Assembly (NCBI GenBank): GCA_045046875.1 | Contig: JASFYY010000141.1 | Span: 1-26,893 of the forward strand | Length of the DNA: 26,893 bases | DNA from: Verrucomicrobiota bacterium | GTDB lineage: Bacteria; Verrucomicrobiota; Verrucomicrobiia; Verrucomicrobiales; DEV007 | Direction of reading: 5' to 3' | In this document: in pieces, positions 25,712 to 26,893 of the stretch | How positions within the stretch are numbered: the first letter of the stretch is position 1 | Layout: every line of letters starts with the position of its first letter | Position numbers and translations under genes: made by a program | Notes under the pieces: generated by a model | What the model was told of the DNA's origin: nothing | Seen by the model: the letters and a program-made list of their open reading frames with translations, nothing else | The model's database searches: none

Positions 25712-26506
25712 TCAATTAACTGACTGAGCTTTGATGTTGGTCCAGACGATGTTGCGGTATTGGGCGCGGGTTTGGAAGGAGCAGAGGCCGAGGGGGATGC
25801 AGAGTTCGATGTCGCCGGGGCGCACGCTGATTTTTTTGTCTTTCAGGTCAAGATCGACAAATTGTTTGTCGTCGAGCCACACTTCGATTTTGGGATCGGT
25901 GACGCGGACTTTGATTTTATACCAACGGTTGTCTTCGAAACCTTCGATGTTCATGGTTTCGTTTTCCGAGGCATCGAGGTCATCGATGCTGGAGATGCCG
26001 ATGATGCCACCACCCCAGCCGCCGGCGATGAAAGAGCAGTGGCTGTCTTTGACGGGAAAGGTGAGGCCGAGGAAAAAGTCGTTGCCGCTCAGTTTCATCA
26101 CTTCGAGGGAAAGTTCGTAGTTGGAGGTGGCGGGTGGTTTATCGCCCCAGACGACGCCGGTCATCATCGCGCCGAAGTCAAACTGCAGGTCGCCTTTTTC
26201 GGTGATGAAAACTTCGCCTTCGCCACCGAACTCAACCGGCTTCCATTGACCCATTTTTTTACCATCAAAGAGAGAGATGATATTGGGATCTTTTTTGGGC
26301 GCAGCAGGTTTGGCTGCGGCTTTGGGCTTTTCCTTGGGCTTTTCAGCAGCAGCTTTTGCTGGGGCTGTGGCAGGTGCTGTTTGGTCTTTAGCTTTGTCAG
26401 CTTCGGGTTTTGGCGGGGTATCGCCGGGCTTGCAGGCGGGCAAGCTGATGAGGGTCAGGGCGAGTAAGCATAGGGCGAGCGGGGATAGTTTGAGCAATTT
26501 TGACAT
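25712..26506 (-). CDS. DUF1080-domain lipoprotein
   Basis: MSKLLK...LISLPAC lipobox-like signal, Ala/Pro/Lys linker, SLFDGK..GQW, GGWGGG, WYKIKVRV. The start at 26506 is chosen over the longer ORF that overlaps the helicase. Confidence 0.82.
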   Translation of the reverse strand: MSKLLKLSPLALCLLALTLISLPACKPGDTPPKPEADKAKDQTAPATAPAKAAAEKPKEKPKAAAKPAAPKKDPNIISLFDGKKMGQWKPVEFGGEGEVFITEKGDLQFDFGAMMTGVVWGDKPPATSNYELSLEVMKLSGNDFFLGLTFPVKDSHCSFIAGGWGGGIIGISSIDDLDASENETMNIEGFEDNRWYKIKVRVTDPKIEVWLDDKQFVDLDLKDKKISVRPGDIELCIPLGLCSFQTRAQYRNIVWTNIKAQSVN

Positions 26507-26615
26507 GAAGGAAGTGTGGGGGCAGAGCGAGAGGTCGCAAGGGATTTTTTGACTTTGAGCAGGAAGAAACGTTTGAAGAGGGCGGCGGAGTGAAGGATGT
26601 AGGGGCAGGAATAAT

Positions 26616-26893
26616 ATGATTTCGATAAATGACAATGCAGCGGGCCAGTCCCTGGTGGACGAGGTCAGGGAGTTTTTCTCTCCTGAGGGCGCGCTTTCGT
26701 CTTTGAAGCACTTTGAATACCGGGCTGAGCAGCAGCAAATGGCGGTTAGTGTGGCGGCATCGCTGGTGAATGCGGAGCCCCTGGTGGTGGAAGCGGGCAC
26801 CGGGGTGGGCAAATCGCTGGCTTATCTGGTGCCGGCGGTGTTGTTGGCGAAGCGGGAGAAGCGCAAGGCGGTGATCACCACTCATACGATCAA
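26616..26893 (+). CDS. DinG/YoaA-family ATP-dependent helicase, 3' truncated by the window end
   Basis: Not in the ORF track. Manual translation MISINDN...FEYRAEQQQMA...VVEAGTGVGKSLAYLVPA...VITTHTI shows the Q motif, Walker A and motif Ia; agga lies upstream of the ATG. Confidence 0.9.
   Translation, partial: MISINDNAAGQSLVDEVREFFSPEGALSSLKHFEYRAEQQQMAVSVAASLVNAEPLVVEAGTGVGKSLAYLVPAVLLAKREKRKAVITTHTI

Larger units (their letters stand above)
18352..25718 (-). other. AT-richer four-gene insert; putative (mero)terpenoid biosynthetic gene cluster
   Basis: Four co-oriented genes with gaps of 6-43 nt. Hand-counted 60-nt lines give 35% GC (18421), 33% (22441) and 52% (24301) inside, versus 70% (17881) and 53% (26041) in the flanks; these are spot samples only. 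Confidence 0.7.

Noticed and set aside
26507..26812. N-terminal extension of the 366-aa DUF1080 ORF, and ORF 26397..26885
   Set aside because: They overlap the DinG-family helicase on the opposite strand; the lipoprotein signal begins at 26506.

Overview
Bacterial genomic DNA whose gene content (planctomycete-type cytochrome c, DUF1080, S1 sulfatases, ECF sigma/FecR pair) suggests a marine Verrucomicrobiota/PVC organism; this is an inference. Left to right: (1) a 5'-truncated REP-associated tyrosine (HUH/Y1) transposase followed by a hairpin-rich repeat; (2) a minus-strand block of two tandem paralogous cytochrome c + FGE-sulfatase-domain proteins and an ApbE flavin transferase; (3) a plus-strand degradation locus (two S1 sulfatases, two SxxK serine hydrolases, ECF sigma + FecR-like anti-sigma, sialate O-acetylesterase), with the same putative ECF promoter upstream of both catabolic operons; (4) two DUF1080 genes separated by a ~7.4 kb AT-richer four-gene insert; (5) the start of a DinG-family helicase. 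The insert is the most striking element. It encodes a 1288-aa glycosyltransferase / class II terpene cyclase-like (DLDD) / P450 triple fusion, a paralogous stand-alone P450, a sulfotransferase and a UbiA prenyltransferase, so it is a candidate pathway for a glycosylated and/or sulfated (mero)terpenoid. The intergenic spacers carry several REP-like families, some apparently interrupted by 30-46 nt structured mini-cassettes. All calls rest on motif recognition by eye; no searches were run.
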